Below, piece by piece: positions 12,353 to 25,576 of a stretch of DNA of 64,000 nucleotides. The translations under genes were made by a program, and so were the position numbers. Source of the stretch: Octopus vulgaris (lineage: Eukaryota); the NCBI GenBank assembly GCA_951406725.2, contig OX597818.1, positions 124,372,001 to 124,436,000 on the forward strand, written 5' to 3'. Each line of letters begins with the position of its first letter. The stretch's first letter is position 1. Below the pieces are notes generated by a model. The model worked only from the letters and a program-made list of their open reading frames with translations. It did no database searches and was not told the origin of the DNA.

Positions 12353-13757
12353 TACATATTGCGTTAATGGAATTTTTTGATCATTGTGTATTCCAGAGTT
12401 AATAATACCTGGGGTTTACTGCACAGCACAGGAATACTGTTTTGCTTGTTGGGTTTTACATTCTCTTCTACCCTTAAGCACAAACTGCATTGAAAAAAAA
12501 TCATTCTTTCTTGCTTGAAGAAAACTGAAAGACGACCAATTTCTGTCAGTTACATTGCCTCCAGTCCTTGACTGGTGTAACATGATGGTTGTTGAATGGA
12601 ACCCCAAAAGGATGGAGGGCAAAGTCAGCTTTGACAAGATTTGAGCACAGACAATTAAGAGCCAGAACTAAATACTGCAAGGCATTTTTGTCCAACACAA
12701 TAATGGTTTCACCCACCTGCAGCCAATACATGCACACACACACACACACACAGACACACACCAAAGATAATGAAAAACACAAATATAAAAATAACCTTTT
12801 TTGTTTTATTGTTGCTTGGCTTGGATTTGATTTTCACAAATGCAACAGTAATGCTGGTGGTTGTGGTGGATAAATTGGCTTCCTTTTTTTTTTTTTTTTT
12901 TTTGCATGGTTTGTTTTAAAATTTCCACTTAATCTAGTGGAGACATAGTAATGTTGCCAAGAACATTTGCAGAAATTCTTATAAAGCTTCATTTGAGAAG
13001 TCATAACTTAATCTGCTTTAGTCTCGTTTTCCCTCCCTTTTTTTTTCTTTTTCTACAGAATTACAACATCTATAATCATTTTGTCCTTGTAATATTACTA
13101 AAGATAGTAAAAGATTATCTACGCTAAAACATATTTCTTAAAATGCATTTTCCATTCTTTCTTTCTTTATTTTTTTTCTATTTTTCATTTTTTTCTCATA
13201 TTTATTCAGTATATTTCATATACTTTCTTCATTCATTTATACACAAACACAGGCACACACATGCATGCACACACAAACACCCACCCATGCACACACACAC
13301 ACAGAGACACACATACACACACCCATGCACACACACACAAACACACACACCCACGCACACACACAAACACACATACACATACACACAAATATTTATGGTG
13401 GGGAATACTGTTACCTAATGCAATAGATTTTTGTTTCATTTCTAAGGTTGATCTCTTAATGTATGGATAAAATTTACATGCATGTGCATATCTAACTCCA
13501 TATACAGTATATACACATGAAGTGCATGATATGTGTGCGTTTGTGTGTGTGTGTGTGTGTACATGTGAGTACACGTACATGTGTGAGAGAGAGATGTAAA
13601 AAGTGTGTCCATTTTTATCATTTTTACTTAGGTTTTTCCACACTTGTATGGGTTGAACACTTCTTCTCTAGCACAGAATCGCATCACTTGTCACAATCCT
13701 TTGTTATCTCCTACATGAAGTTGAACCTCTTGAGGTCAGTTTTCACCACTCCTTCTC

Positions 13758-14012
13758 AACTGTGGCTTAGTGGTTAGGATGTTGGACTCCTGATCATGAG
13801 ATTGTGGTTTCAATTCCTGGACCGGGCGACATGTTGTGTTCTTGATCGAAACACTTCATTTTACATTGCTCCAGTCCACTCAGCTGGCAAAAATTGAGTA
13901 ATCCTGCAACGGACTGGTATCCCATCCAGGTAGAGAATATATACACCATGGAAACCAGGTAACCGGCCCCTCAGAGTTGGTATGACTCAAGCAGGAAAAT
14001 TTACCTTTACTT
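13758..14012 (+). mobile_element. SINE-F (tRNA head, CORE-like box, TTTAC-type tail)
   Basis: tggcttagtggtt A box, ggtttcaattcc B box, acacttcattttacattgctccagtccactcagctgg core; second copy at 25073-25290 (-). Confidence 0.75.
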
Positions 14013-14509
14013 TTTCCCTACTCCTTCTCAGCTCTTTCTCAGTCTTTCTCTTCCACAAATTATTTTCATCTGTATTGCATGGTATTTTTCTGCCAAGCCA
14101 TCACCCTCCTCATGTATCACATACCCATATAAACACAGTCTCTTCTCCTGCACACTACATCCAAATTTCTCTTGTACTCAGTTTTTTTTTTTTTAGCTCT
14201 GTAAGGTGGTTGGTGTTAAGAAGAGCATCTTTCAAAACTTTCATGCTTCCTGGAATTCGCTTAATGCCACCTCCACACTTTTTCTTTTTTAAACTTTTTT
14301 TACTGTTCACTTCCTATGCATGTTCTATGTACTTTCCATGAAGCTTTGGTTACTTTTGCTAATGAGTTGTAGTGCACCTGAGCCCTGTATACAATAAGTT
14401 CCCTGTATAAAACCCATACCAAAACAGACAGTGAAGCCTGATGCAGTCTTCTGCCTAACTAGTTCCTATCAAAACATTTAACCCATGCCAGCATGGAAAG
14501 TGGACGTTA

Positions 14510-14572
14510 AATAATAATGATAGTGATTATGATGATGATGATGATGACGATGACGACTATTATGGTTATTGC

Positions 14573-14629
<57 letters not shown>

Positions 14630-14687
14630 CACAATCATTATTATTATTATTATCATCATCATCATCATCATTATTATTATTATTATT

Positions 14688-14752
<65 letters not shown>

Positions 14753-14808
14753 CACAATCATTATCACAATCATTATCATCATCATCATCATCATCATCAT
14801 CATTATCA

Positions 14809-14852
<44 letters not shown>

Positions 14853-14857
14853 ATTAT
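14510..14857. repeat. Compound (ATG)/(ATT)/(ATC) trinucleotide array
   Basis: Seen directly; source of the poly-I/L/N/D ORFs. Confidence 0.95.
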
Positions 14858-15165
14858 TCTGTTTGGCTTTTGATTTACATTTGTACAAGTTGGCTCCAAG
14901 TTTCACCCAGAGATCTTAAGAGACAACAAGTTAGAAGTTCATGTTGGTGTTATGCTTAGGGTGTCATATATTTGGTTTTGTACATTGTGTTGCTTTAGAG
15001 AATGTTTAAGAAACCATAACAAAAATTATGTTCCATGGGTTCGCAAATGAGATTTGAACCCAGCCAAAGAAAGGCATGGTCTGTCACAAACTGTGCACAC
15101 GAAAAGGTCATTGTCATTCCCCTTCTTGATTGTAACATTCTTTCTTAGATTTCTTTTGATATGCA
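14858..15165 (-). mobile_element. LINE 3' remnant with a terminal C2H2 zinc finger and a UTR running into (AAT)n
   Basis: FVCTVCDRPCLSLAGFKSHLRTH* is a single terminal finger of the kind seen in some RTE-clade ORFs; may be two abutting elements. Confidence 0.6.
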
Positions 15166-15198
15166 TACATGCATGCACACACACACTCATGCATGCAT

Positions 15199-15277
<79 letters not shown>

Positions 15278-16046
15278 CATATATACATACATACATACAT
15301 ACATACATACATACATGTATAATAATATCCGATAGTCTGATCAATACATGATATAGTGTTATATGCATACATACACACACACAGAGTTTCCAAGTACCAA
15401 ATTTATTCATAATGCATTGATTGGCCCAAGGCTATTGGAGAGGGTACTTGCCCGAGGTACCCCACAGTGGGACTTAATCACGCATCCAAGTTCATTTCAT
15501 TGCTTTCCCACACCCTCACTACCTTTGCATTCAATGCCAATGATTCGCTACCATACAACACTGCACTTCATGCACAAACATCATGTAAATCTGTCCTTTA
15601 CATGGAGAGAGAATCTTTCCCTTGATAGCAGAGGTGATTCTTTAAACTTTTACAGCCTCATGTCTTGCTTTAGCTGAATGTTTCTCAAGATGGGACACAC
15701 ACCTCCCACTAGTGGGGTTTAGCAATATTTCGGTAGGGTTTGAGTTATTTCAGAATTGGATGTAAATGAAAAGTGAATGAAATTTGCAAGTAAGTTTTAA
15801 TTAAACCTTCTTTTGAATAAACTAGAGATGCAGCTCACATTTGTCTATGATCAGGTCACAGTTTTAAGCAATGCAAATTTTGGCACCATACTGCAAGCAA
15901 TAAATATTTAAGTGGAGATGATGGTCTTTGTGTGTTTCTGAACAGCTAACTTGTGTCTTCCAATTGTTTTAGCTTCAATACACAACTGGAAATCAAAACA
16001 CTCACCATACAAGTATGTTTCTGTAATTCTATTGAATATATATATA

Positions 16047-16295
16047 TCATCATCATCATCGTTTAGCATCCGTTTTCCATGCTAGTATGGGTTGGACGGT
16101 TCAACTGGGGTCTGTGAAGCTGGAAGGCTTCATCAGGCCTAGTCAGATCTGGCAGTGTTTCTACGGCTGGATGCCCTTCCTAACATCAACCACTCCGTGA
16201 GTGTAGACCACTCCGTGAGTGTAGACCACTCCGTGAGTGTAGACCACTCCGTGAGTGTAGACCACTCCGTGAGTGTAGACCACTCCGTGAGTGTA
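16047..16295 (-). mobile_element. Family D truncated at an 18-bp perfect tandem array (about 6 copies)
   Basis: accactccgtgagtgtag repeated 16189-16295. Confidence 0.9.
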
Positions 16296-16499
16296 TATAT
16301 ATATATATATATTATATACTCACTTTGATCATTTGTGATGTGGTGTATGTTTCAGGGAAAAATCAAAGTGGTATGTAGGACAAAAACAGCTGAAGAAGCA
16401 TTAATGCTAAACTTTCAGAGCACCTACCTCCCATGCTAATTTAGATCACCTAAGTAATAGATTCTATCAAATACTTTTATGGAACCTTCTGAACGTACA

Positions 16500-16512
16500 T
16501 GTGTGTGTGTGT

Positions 16513-16569
<57 letters not shown>

Positions 16570-16751
16570 CGTGTGTGTGTGTGCATACATATATACATAC
16601 ATATATATGTACAGAGAGAAAGTTTGCAGGAGAAAGAGAAATTAAGATAGAGGTATAGATACATACGTGTATGTATGTGTGTGTGTATATGCTTGTGTGT
16701 GTGTGTGTGTAGATAGATAGATGGATGGATGGATGGATGGATGGATGGATG

Positions 16752-16832
<81 letters not shown>
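16500..16832. repeat. (GT)n, (GGAT)n and (GATA)n microsatellites
   Basis: Seen directly. Confidence 0.95.
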
Positions 16833-18030
16833 GTATACAAATACAGACACACAGGCAGACTGACAAATTTTCTCTTATACTTGAATTGCTATCCACCAAA
16901 GCCCCAGAAACTTAATAAATTTTACCTGCTTGTTGCTTTTAACTGTGTTGCATTATTTACTTTTCAAGTTTTTGTGTGATTTTCCTTTTTTTTTTCTGTG
17001 CTGATGAGTAAAATTGGTCATCTTTGCTTAAAACAGACCCCTCGGCAAAGAAGTCGGTGAATTGAAGCTTTGTTAAGATTATTGAATTGACTTTTCCAGT
17101 TATGTCTTCTTATCTTAGTTGTTGGTATAATGCCCTGTGAAACACATGCTGCTCTTTATGCAGTATATGACATTAGCAGTTACGTTTGACCAAGTAATAA
17201 AACAAACTCTGTAGAAAGTTCTTTGCTGCCTCATACTAGTATGTAATAAATATAATATAATGTGATATACACATCTCTTCAGTTTCTTTGTGGTTCTTGA
17301 CGGCTAGTTCTAAGCTCTGGTTTTATGTTTTCAAACAGAAGAGAATCAAATCTTTCCCTGGTTAAGATGCTAATCTATTATTGCTGCAAAATTTTCTCAC
17401 AAGCTGTACTGCAGTCAGTATGACTTATTTCTTCATTTCTAGCACTTTGTTATTGTGTCAGGTAGATGCTATCACTTATTGATTGTACACTTAGCTCTAA
17501 ATAGAATCCCAATGAAGGTACTGTTAATTGCTGTAATCAGTAGGAGCACTAATGGTTCTGCTTTGTTATTTAGTTTGAGAAGAGAGTGGTTGCCTGTGAC
17601 CTTTTATAACCCTCTCATGCTGGTGAGGTCAATGTGGTTGATTTTCAGTTTGAACTTCTCTTGGTCTATACTTGTAAGAAAAACATAGGTAGGAAAAAGT
17701 TCCACAGAAGTGCAATTCCATGGAGAACGGTTGGGTAATATGGCTCGTGTGGGCCTTAGAGAGAGTGAAACACAGAAGGAGGAAAAAAGAAGAGTTTTGC
17801 ATGTAACACATCATACTAGTTTCAGTGTGTGTGTGTGTGTGTGTGTGTGTATGGAGCAAAAATTTTGTTCATCAGTGACTAAACTGGTACTCCCAATGGG
17901 CTCACCTAGTGAATATGGCTGTGAGAATGCCAGCAGGATGAAAATAATACCTGTCAAAAGGTCAAAATATCTGTCTAGGAGAGAAGTAGTTAGGGCTTCT
18001 TTACTGAGGTGGAGATATACCTGCACAGAT

Positions 18031-18260
18031 GGCGACGAGCTGGCAGAAACGTTAGCATGCCGGGCGAAATGCGTAGCCGTATTTCGTCTGCCGCTACGTT
18101 CTGAGTTCAAATTCCGCCGAGCTCGACTTTGCCTTTCATCCTTTCGGGGTCGATAAATTAAGTACCAGTAACGCACTGGGGTCGATGTAATCGACTTAAT
18201 CCGTTTGTCTGTCCTTGTTTGTCCCCTCTATATTTAGCCCCTTGTGGGTAATAAAGAAAC
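18031..18260 (+). mobile_element. Young full-length SINE-B
   Basis: CpG-rich; ends gccccttgtgggtaataaagaaac; 14-bp TSD agatatacctgcac (18013-18026 and 18261-18274). Confidence 0.92.
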
Positions 18261-19159
18261 AGATATACCTGCACTTCCTTGGTTCTTTGTGGATGAGCCC
18301 AAGAAGACAACAGTTGGGAGGGTACACCCTGTGAGAAAAACAAGCTGTAGTGGTTAGCTTTAAAACAGTCTCTGATTGACTGCATTTCCACTATCTTCCT
18401 GTGGTTGAGAGGAGGTACCAGTTGTGTTTGGTCACCTTTACCGCTGGATCTATCTCCTTCATGGCTAAAATAAAGAAACAAAAAGATTCCACACACCCTA
18501 TCATATCACAATAAGATTCCATTACATACATGTCTTCTCCAACAATGTTGACTATTACATCTTAGATTTTGGGTGGTTGTTGTCATTGTAATGAGATATC
18601 GCATGAATACTTGACAATGAAATACACCATTTCCATAGTCTCCTTGCTCGTGGTGCTATAGTGTGAGTGTAGCATAGGTGCCAGCTGTTACAATTATCTA
18701 GGTGCTGAGCTGCTGCATCCTCAGTTACTGCTACTCTTTTAAGAAGTACAATCATCAAAGGATACACAACTGAAGTTGGTTCCCATCAAATTTGACAGCC
18801 AATGAATTGAGAGCAAGAGTGAATCTGTAATGGTGAAAAACACCCTACTTTGTTTTTTATAGTTTAATGCAAAACACCCAACTTTGTTTCTTTTAGTTTG
18901 TTGTTGAAGACATGCCTAGGATGGTGATGGGTTTGTGTGACATTGATTTTGTTAAGTTTTGTAATAATAAGTGCCCCAGTGCGTGATTCTGCCTGCTACA
19001 TCAGCTGGTCTTTTACATGGCATATGACCCAGAGGAAATGAAGCCCTTTATTCAGTAACTAGCTTCATAAGCATTTTATTCTGTTCCATTCAGTTTCCTT
19101 CCTGTCTGTTCCATTTTGTACCATGGCACTTGAACTCTACACCACACCACTTATTTTCT

Positions 19160-19490
19160 TTCCCTATTGCAAGTTACTTGGTGACCCTCCCAGTGTTTGG
19201 TGCCACACAAAAAGCATCCAGTCCACATTGTAAAGTAGTTGGTGTTTGGAAGGGCATCCGGCTGTAAAAACCATGCCAAAACTGACCCCACCTGTGCTTG
19301 TACCATATATAAAGCACTCAGTCCACTCTGCAGGGTTGTTGGTGTTAGGAAGGGCAACCAACCGTAAAAACCATGCCAAAACAGACACAGAAGTCTGCTA
19401 CAGTCTTCTGCCTGGCCACCAGTTCCTATCAAACCATCCAACCCATGCCAGCATGGAAAGTAGGTGTTAAACGATGATAATGATGATGAT
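19160..19490 (+). mobile_element. Family D variant with a duplicated gaagggcatcc module
   Basis: Two ttggtgtt(t/a)ggaagggca...aaaaccatgccaaaa modules, then a (gat)n tail. Confidence 0.75.
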
Positions 19491-19819
19491 AAATTGTGAT
19501 TTTGTCCAGTTCAAAACTATGTGGAGATTGTGGTGTTGTGTTGAGCTCTGCAAACTTTAATTCTGTCTCTTGGTGTATGTAATTGCTTGATTCCAACAAT
19601 ATTTTGTTTCCTTAAAGTTTGTAATTGTGTTTTTGTTTTGTTTGGTTCAGAGGTCTCTGAATAAATTGTGATGATTTGATTTGGTCGGAAGAGAATTAGA
19701 TTATTTACCACATGGTTATGCTACTAGATGTGTGGAACGTAGCGTGTAGAGTAAATGTATCTGCAATACATTTGTCTCCTTTTATTGTCGTCATCATCAT
19801 CACTACCACCATCACCACA

Positions 19820-20070
19820 TCATCATCATCATCATCATCATCATTTTAATGACCACTTTTCCATGCTTGCATGAGTCAGATGCAGTTTACCGAGGCAGAT
19901 TTTCTATGGTTGGATGCCCTTCAAGTCTCTAACCTATTTTCGCCTATTTTCAAGCAAGGTAATGTTTCTCTATGGCTAGACATATTTTTGCAAATTACTG
20001 TAAATAAATGGCATTCATTTACAACAATTACACAATGCCAAGCCCAGGAAACAAACATGCACATGGTCAC
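19820..20070 (-). mobile_element. RTE-tailed SINE 3' half
   Basis: (cat)n, ttggatgccctt and caagcaaggtaatgtt; similar to 27135-27390 and 45427-45700. Confidence 0.7.
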
Positions 20071-20146
20071 ACACACACACACACGCACACACACACACAT
20101 ACACACACACACATATACATATACATATATATATATATATATATAT

Positions 20147-20254
20147 AGCTGGAATTTACAAAAAACAAAGGACGAAGACAGGTGTATTAGTTTAACGCTC
20201 GGGAAGGTGAGAAAGTCTTTTATGTTTCGAGCCTATGCTCTTCAACAGAAAGGA
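20147..20254 (-). mobile_element. Penelope-like terminal repeat fragment ending in (TA)n
   Basis: Shared with 48880-49032 (+) and 51280-51405 (-); contains a hammerhead-like motif. Confidence 0.65.
20217..20252 (-). ncRNA. Minimal type-I hammerhead-like fold (core CUGUUGA)
   Basis: Minus strand: cttt CTGTTGA a gagc-atag-gctc GAAAC ATA aaag; stems I and II pair; stem III is probably decayed from ACGT. Confidence 0.55.
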
Positions 20255-20268
20255 ACACACACACACTC

Positions 20269-20315
<47 letters not shown>

Positions 20316-21039
20316 CACACATGCACACACACACACACACACACACAGAGTTTTGTACAAAGCTATCTTTTGATCCCTACAATAGTATTTAGAAGTTTAT
20401 TAAGGTTTAGTAGCTATAGTTTGTAGCTTAGTGGAATAGTTAATGCTGTTGTTTGTAGTATCTCTATGTATTAGATGTATTATGTTTTTTGATATATTTC
20501 ATGAGGCTGTCTGCCTGATTTAACCTATTCCGCCTCCCTGGAATATTATTAGGAATTTGATAGGTTGAGTGTTGAAGTTGCTGTGCTCAAGCTTTAAAAA
20601 GTGAACAAACATTGCGTTGTAGAAGAGACAATACTTCAGATGCCAAAACTAAAGACCACCATCAGGGTTTTTATTAAAAAATTCTCAGCAAATCTGTCAA
20701 AGCTTGGAGCTTTAATGAATTAATTGAATGGATATGGATCTAGAAAATGTTATCTGATAGACTTGGATGACACAATGATGAAGTCAAGATAATGATGAAG
20801 AGAATAGCTGAACTATTGAACATCTCTCTAAAGAGATGGAAAGATGGAGAAAGAGAAAGAGAGAGAGAGAAAAGGGAAGAAAAGAATTGCTTAATTCTAT
20901 CCAGTATTTTGATTATCTTGTCAGCTATCCTGCTATTTCCAGGGCAGTGTTTTGCTATATTGTGCTGGTGTTGAGATTGGTAATGCTGTCTTGTTGTTGC
21001 TGTCAATATAAATGTTCACATCTTCACTGCAGTGCTGAG

Positions 21040-23340
21040 GTTCATATCCGCAGTGCTTTGTTGATGTTCATGTCAGTAATATTGATGTTGATATCAGCAG
21101 TACAGTGTTGATATTGATATTGCTAAACTAAACTGTAGTTGTTGATATCAGCAATGCACTGCTGCAGTTGATAGCTACACAACGGTTGCTGCATTTTGAT
21201 ATAAGTACTCTGCTGTTGATATCAATAATGTATGTCGTGTTGTGGTTGACATCACAGTTAATGTGATGTTGTGGCTGTCATCACTGGTAATATGACATTG
21301 TGGTAGACATCACTAGTAATGCGATGTTGTGCTAAACATCACTGGCAATGTGATGTGTTTGAGTTGGCAGAATTGTTAGCACGCCGGCTGGAGTACCTAG
21401 CGGTATTTCGGCTGCCGCTACGTTCTGAGTTCAGATTCCACCAAGGTCGACTTTGCCTTTCATCCCTTCGGGGTTGATTAAATAAGTACCTATTTCTTTA
21501 TTACCCACAAGGGGCTAAACACAGAGGGGACAAACAAGGACAGACATAGGTATTAAGTCGATTACATCGACCCCAGTGCGTAACTGGTACTTAATTTATC
21601 GACCCCGAAATGATGAAAGGCAAAGTTGACCTCGGCGGAATTTGAACTCACAACGTAACGCAGATGAAATACCGCTAAGCATTTCGCCCGGCGTGCTAAC
21701 ATTTCTGCCAGCTCTAGCAGTTTTTCGGCTGCCGCTACGTTCTGAGTTCAAATTCCGCTGAGGTCAACTTTGCCTTTCATCCCTTTGGGGTTGATAAATT
21801 AAGTACCAGTTAGGCACTGGGGTCGATATAATCGGCTTAATCTGTTTGTCTGTCCTTGTTTGTCCCCTCTCTGTTTAGCCCCTTGAGGGTAATAAAGAAA
21901 CAGATATTACTGGTAATGTGATGTTGTGGCTAACCTTACTGGCAATGTGATGTGGTTGACACCACTGGTAATGCGATGTTGTGGCTGACATGACTGGTAA
22001 CGTGATAATGTGACTTGCATTACTTGTAATGTGATATTGTGACTGAAATCATCTGTAATGTGATGATGTAGTTGATATCACTGGCAATGTAATTCTGTGG
22101 CTGGCATCACTAGTAAATGTGATGTTGTGGCTGACATCATTGCTAATGCAATGATAACTTGTTGACATAGCAAGTCTTGTTGTTTAACCCCTGATCAGCT
22201 CTCATCAAACAGAGATGTCATCATAGGCATTCTCATCTCGTCAGGTACAGCTCATCTTAGACTACAGCATCCAAGGTGTTATTTCTGTTTTTTAAAGATT
22301 GTAGGTGTAGATTGAGAGACATTTAGTACTTATTTCTAGTGAATCAAGTCAAGCAACCTCAAGGGGGATGTTTCACTGACATCATCAGAGGTGTTGTGGC
22401 TGACATCACTAGTAATGTAACATTATTAAGAATGATAACAGCAATGCAGTCTCAACACTAACATCACTGACAGAGTCTCTGCACTGATGACATTAGCAAT
22501 CTAATGTCAACACAGACTCCAACAATACAATGTTGACAGATAAAACATTGTAGTCACAACACTGACATCATTGACTCAGTCTCAAAGCTGATATCATTCA
22601 TTGAATGCTAACACTGACACCAACCACAAAGTATCAACACCAACATCAGTCTCATAGTGTCAATAATAAATTCAGTCATACAGTGTCAATTCCGATATCA
22701 GTCATTAAATGTCACCATTGACATCAGCCACACAGTCTTGAAACTGACATTAGTTACACAGTGTCAACACCAATATCTGCCATAAAATGTCAGCATTGAC
22801 ATGAGTCAAAGTGTTAACATTGACAACAGCCACACAGTGTTACCACTGATATCAATCATTGTAATGTTGTTGTCAGTCACATTACTGACATTAATGTAAT
22901 ATTGCCATTTGTATCAGTAAGGCTGCGTCAACATTGACATCAGCACACTGTCAATATTAATGGAAAGTTATGTTGACATTGATGACATCAGCAACCTAAT
23001 GTCAACACTGATATAGCAAGCAGTGTTGACACTAATATCAGCTTATCAACACACTAATATTAGCATTAGCAACACAGCGTCAATGCTGATATTAGTAATG
23101 TAATGTCAACATTGACATTTGCAACACAATGTTAACACTGAGATCAGCAACACAATGTCAAAGTTGACACCAGTAAAGTAATGTCAAAACTGATGTCATT
23201 GGCAATACAGGGTTGCTGTGACTCTATTCTCTGTGTACCTTTCAATATCAGTGCCAACTTTCCAGTGTTGCTATCAATTTTCCAGCATTGATACTGACAC
23301 CCTAGTGTTGATATTGATATAATTACCACTTTGTTGACAT
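21040..23340. repeat. Degenerate tandem array, 29-bp unit grading into ~26-bp unit
   Basis: gatgttgtggctgacatcactggtaatgt units (~21230-21355 and 21905-22160); gtgtcaacactgacatcagccacaca-like units (~22450-23200). Confidence 0.8.
21361..21901. mobile_element. Nested SINE-B: (+) copy interrupted by a (-) copy at 21491-21714
   Basis: 21398-21490 is duplicated at 21715-21807 on either side of the inverted copy. Confidence 0.88.
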
Positions 23341-23567
23341 TATATGATTAAAATGATTAGTGGAATGGATTGTTAGGAAACTGAGTTGTATACTACTGTC
23401 TGTGCATAACTACATTGATTTACATAATGCATTAACTGATAATAGTATTATGTTAAAGAAACAGAAATAGACTTTTTGCTTAGATGATATAGGTTTGATT
23501 TCAACTTGAAGTTGACTATACTACTACTACTTACACCACCACCAACACTACTACTATACTGCAGTGA

Positions 23568-23797
23568 TAGGGGGACAAACACAGACACACAAACATACAC
23601 GCACACATATATATATATATATATACATATATACAACAGGCTTCTTTTAGTTTCTGTCTACCAAATCCACTCACAAGGCTTTGGCCGGCCCGAGGCTATA
23701 GTAGAAGACACTTGCCCATGGTGCCACGCAGTGGGACTGAACCCGGAACCATGTGGTTGGTAAGCAAGCTACTTACCACACAACCACTCCTGCGCCT
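23568..23797 (-). mobile_element. SINE-A 5' half
   Basis: Matches the A consensus. Confidence 0.85.
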
Positions 23798-24467
23798 ATC
23801 ATAGATGAGATTCAATAACAACAATAGCGTAAACAGAGACACATGGAATTAAGTTTACCATCCAAATACAGAATGCAATGCTTGAAATAGAATTGAACTC
23901 AAGATTTATTGTTTGGAGCTGTTAGTTTAATATTTTGTCTTTTTTCTTCATTTTCATTTGCTACACATTAGATAAAGCATCTGATTAGCATGGAAGCCTG
24001 GCCACTCTGCTTATTATCTATTCAATTATGGTTGCAATCAAAAATGCCAAAGTGTTATGGTCCATACATATTCCACAGTGAAAATAAATATTCTAAGACT
24101 AATAATATTATCCAGTATTCCCCAAGGATCTCTTCAAAGAATTTATCAAATGTGAACTTAAATCAACATTGCAAATCATCTTGAAATACAGAAAAAGCTT
24201 GGTTAGTTTAGCATACAATATTTTGAAGTGAAAGTGTGATCCTTGCATAGTAAACACGTGATCTGTTGTCTTTTAGGTGCACAAGGGAGTATTTGTAATA
24301 TTTTTATGAGACCACTGGAAAATACTACTTTGTATTATTTTGTTTTTTTTTTCACTTTAGAATACGTATTTTGAGCCAATTCTATTGAATACTTTTTGAT
24401 GAGGACTACAACTGCTTGAATATCATAGAAACCTCATTCTGTTATCATGATTCTTGATAAGATGGGT

Positions 24468-24790
24468 GAAGGCACATGGTTTAGTGGTTAGGGTATTCGG
24501 CTCCTGATTGTAAGATCATGAGTTCAATTCCTGATGACACATTGTGTCCTTGAACAAGACACTTTATTTCACATTGGCCCAGTTCACCCAACTGGCAAAA
24601 ATGTGTAGTACCTGTATTTCAAAGAGCCAGCTTTGTCACTTTCTGTGTCACACTGAATCTCCCTGACAGCTACATTAAGGGCACACATATCTGTGGAGTA
24701 CTCAGCCACTTGCACATTAATTTCACAAGCAAGCTGTTCTGTTGATTGAATCGACAGGAACTCTCGTTGTCATAAACAACGGAGGGTCAG
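24468..24790 (+). mobile_element. SINE with F-type head and core and C-type tail
   Basis: ggttagggtattcgg head; aagacactttatttcac core; cctgtatttcaaag...cagccacttgcacattaatttcac tail as in SINE-C. Confidence 0.75.
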
Positions 24791-25072
24791 CTAAGCTGGA
24801 TGGTAGAATGATAGAAATAAGTAGCACATGATGAACTAAATACTTTGCTTCCCAACATGATGAACTAAATACTTTGCTTCCCAACCACATGGTTCCAGGT
24901 TCACTTTCACTGTGTAGCACCTGTATATTTATCTTTTATTGTTACTTTTTACTTGTTTTAGTCATTGCTCTGCAGCCATGCTGGGGCACTTCCTTGAAGG
25001 GTTTTTTGTTGAACGAATTGGCCCTAGTACTAATTTTTTTTTGTCTTTTAAACTTGATACTTATTCTATTAG

Positions 25073-25290
25073 TAAAAAGTAAAAGTGAAGTAAAGTTCTT
25101 TCCCGAATCATATAGACTCATAGGTCCAGTTTCCATGACATATATAATCTTCACCTGGACAGGACACCAGTCTGTTGTAGGAATTATTTTTGCCAGCTGA
25201 GTGGACTGGAGCAACGTGAAATGAAGTGTTTTGCCCAAGAATACGATGTGTCGCTTGATCCAGAAGTCGAAACCACAACCATACGATCAT
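25073..25290 (-). mobile_element. SINE-F
   Basis: Reverse match to 13758-14012. Confidence 0.7.
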
Positions 25291-25576
25291 GGTTACATTT
25301 ACATTCTGCTCAGACTGATTTTTACCTTTCATCCTTACAGGAGCCAATAATAAAATAAACACCAGATATAATGAGATGACTTAATCATTTTTACCTGAGA
25401 TGAGGAATCTATAGTCTTCTCAATGTCTAAGTTGCAGCCTTCTGAAAGAATTGCAATACATAAAGGAAAAAACTATTATACTGAGATATTTTTTTCTGAT
25501 TAAATTTTATTTAAAACCTACCTTTTCAATTAATTGTGAATTTTAGAAACGCCTACATATATTTCTACATCTACTC

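Noticed and set aside
14478-14906. Long poly-N/D/I/L ORFs (also 60425-60835 and 53640-53901)
   Set aside because: Trinucleotide microsatellites that lack stops in some frames
15026-15165. C2H2 motif as a host zinc-finger gene
   Set aside because: Single finger directly before a stop, no TGEKP linkers, upstream frame is microsatellite; a similar AGLKSHIR end at 42062-42147 is a LINE terminus
17100-18800. Moderately complex non-microsatellite sequence with short ORFs
   Set aside because: Probably very old LINE debris; no motif could be read with confidence, and the 148-aa ORF spans a microsatellite and a SINE-B
24826-24883. 29-bp tandem duplication
   Set aside because: Trivial local duplication at the head of a decayed SINE-A
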